Below are positions 61,958 through 64,000 of a stretch of 64,000 nucleotides of DNA, in pieces; positions within the stretch are counted from its first letter, which is position 1, and each line of letters begins with the position of its first letter. The stretch is from positions 10,180,775 to 10,244,774 of the forward strand of contig NC_068995.1 in NCBI RefSeq assembly GCF_001194135.2, read 5' to 3'. A program made the translations under genes and the position numbers. Origin of the DNA: Octopus bimaculoides. Lineage: Eukaryota. The notes under the pieces are model-generated. The model was not told the origin of the DNA. It ran no database searches and saw only the letters and a program-made list of their open reading frames with translations.

Positions 61958-62179
61958 TTTAGGACTAATGTTGCTGAAATTTAGCTCCAGGAGACATCGT
62001 CTCCAGCTGGCTATACGACACAATCTGTGTCCTTATATTTTCGAACATGGGAATCTTTGAGCTGAGTGGGGGTGCTACATTCCCTTGTTCGAAAATATAA
62101 GGACACAGATCGTGTCGTATAGCCAGCTGGAGACGATGTCTCCAACATTCAGCAAATTACATCAACATTCGTCCTAAAC
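61958..62179. repeat. Long inverted repeat: 65-bp core arms with 2 mismatches, 24-nt loop, weaker outer arms
   Basis: 61990-62054 versus 62079-62143; outer GTTTAGGAC.AATGTTG / CAACATT.GTCCTAAAC. Confidence 0.95.
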
Positions 62180-62629
62180 CAGGACGGCCATGTTATGTTG
62201 GCAAACAATCTGGTTTGTAGCTGTTATTATTGTTGTAGCTTAAACTAATATGAGCATTGATCGAACAGAATCATTACAAAAGGCGGTGCAGCCATGATAA
62301 TCACGGCTTTGTTTTTATATTTCGTTCTATATTGTCTAATGTATTCCTCCTGTTTGTTATCACGATAAGGTGTGATCCCGATAAGTAAAGATTGAAGTCC
62401 TCAAAAATATTCACTCGAACTAAAAAAGTCATTAGAGGAAACTGCTAGTCACAGAGATCTCTTGTTTTTTCAGATTCTTGAAATATTACTCGACATTCAG
62501 GATTGAGTACACTTTTTCCTATAGGAATATACACCCAGTAATGTAACTATTACCTATTCACACTCACACACAGATATAGATAGACATCATGTATGTATGC
62601 ACACACCCACGCACATAAACACACACATT

Positions 62630-62797
<168 letters not shown>

Positions 62798-63633
62798 GAT
62801 ATATATATACACATACATAGATAAGTCTATACATAAATGTCTGCTTCCAGAGATTGCATAAAATAAAAAATACAAATGCAGAAATGTATTTTTTGTGAGT
62901 GCGTGTATGTAAACAAATAAGGAACCGATATACAAAGACACACAGACACATATGTATGAATATCTGTATATGCATATATACACATATATGTATGTGTATG
63001 CAGGTATGTGTGTCTACATGTATATGTGTATGTATGTATGTATATGTATGTGTATGTATGCATGTAGGTGTATGCATATATCTATGTATGTATGCGTGTA
63101 TGTGTGCCTGTATGTATGTGTGTGCCTGTATGTATGTATGTATGTATTGTGTGTGTATGTATGTATGTGTGTGTATGTATGTATGTGTGTGTATGTATGT
63201 ATGTATGTAACTCCATTTAATTTGTGCATTCTTGAGCCACTAATCTCTTAAATCTCCGAATCGGTTTTTCTATCTTATTTTGTAATTTATTTCTATATCG
63301 GGCTTGTATATCTTGTAGGCAAACAAATATATACACTCGTGCACTCACATAAACATGTATATGTTGCGGCCTACGCCGGTGTACACGCGAGCGGAGAGAG
63401 AGAGAACGAGGGAGAAATACAAACAGAAAGAGAGAAGGACATGTTATATGTCTTTGTATACAGATTTTAGTAGTGGAGAAACTACAGTTGTTTGTTGGGC
63501 TTTGTATTACGTGCCAATGCACATATCAAAGTTTCATTAGTACATTGGTACGAAACTCTAGCCACTGATTCACTCTAGTTTCTCAACTAATAAAAATTAT
63601 ATGTAAAGACGAAAGCACAAACACACGCGTTTG

Positions 63634-63680
<47 letters not shown>

Positions 63681-63959
63681 NNNNNNNNNNNNNNNNNNNN
63701 NNNNNNNNNNNNNNNNNNNNNNNNNNNNNNNNNNNNNNNNNNNNNNNNNNNNNNNNNNNNNNNNNNNNNNNNNNNNNNNNNNNNNNNNNNNNNNNNNNNN
63801 NNNNNNNNNNNNNNNNNNNNNNNNNNNNNNNNNNNGACAAAAACAAGCACCCGCTTAGGCGGGTTAAGTGTTTCAAATTTTTCGGGTGATCAATTTGAAT
63901 GCGAACAGGGTAACTGAGAGGAGGGACGTTCAGATCTTGCGCACACTCAGTAAATAAGG

Positions 63960-63995
<36 letters not shown>

Positions 63996-64000
63996 ATACA

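Noticed and set aside
63852-63872. ACCCGC-TTAG-GCGGGT hairpin as Helitron end or terminator
   Set aside because: Only 6 bp, no downstream CTRR end or poly-T, next to a gap.

Overview
Repeat-saturated, AT-rich eukaryotic draft-assembly DNA with many N gaps, most of them next to (TA)n tracts. The repeat repertoire (tRNA-headed SINEs, very dense TA/CA/TAGA/AAT microsatellites) looks like an octopus or other coleoid cephalopod; this is an inference from recalled repeat families, not a database match. No complete gene, rRNA, tRNA gene or CRISPR array is supported, and nearly all listed ORFs are microsatellite or N-gap artefacts. Supported content: three tRNA-derived SINE families (over 30 copies or fragments); decayed LINEs (R4/Dong-like with CCHC plus restriction-like endonuclease, a HERO/NeSL-like RT fragment, a CR1-like RT); a Penelope GIY-YIG fragment; a mariner 5' end; hAT MITEs; and a 555-bp orphan repeat. 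A short run of probable host exons lies on + (44.4-47.2 kb), with an unexplained antisense ORF/exon at 47.5-47.9 kb. Most notable: seven hammerhead-ribozyme-like motifs, probably Penelope-derived. Four have an unusually long (55-68 nt) helix II and three have a variant CUGUNGAA core, two of them in tandem. Also present are two long near-perfect hairpins, a degenerate ~36-bp motif array, a SINE/LINE shared 3' tail and a strong CTCF-like site.
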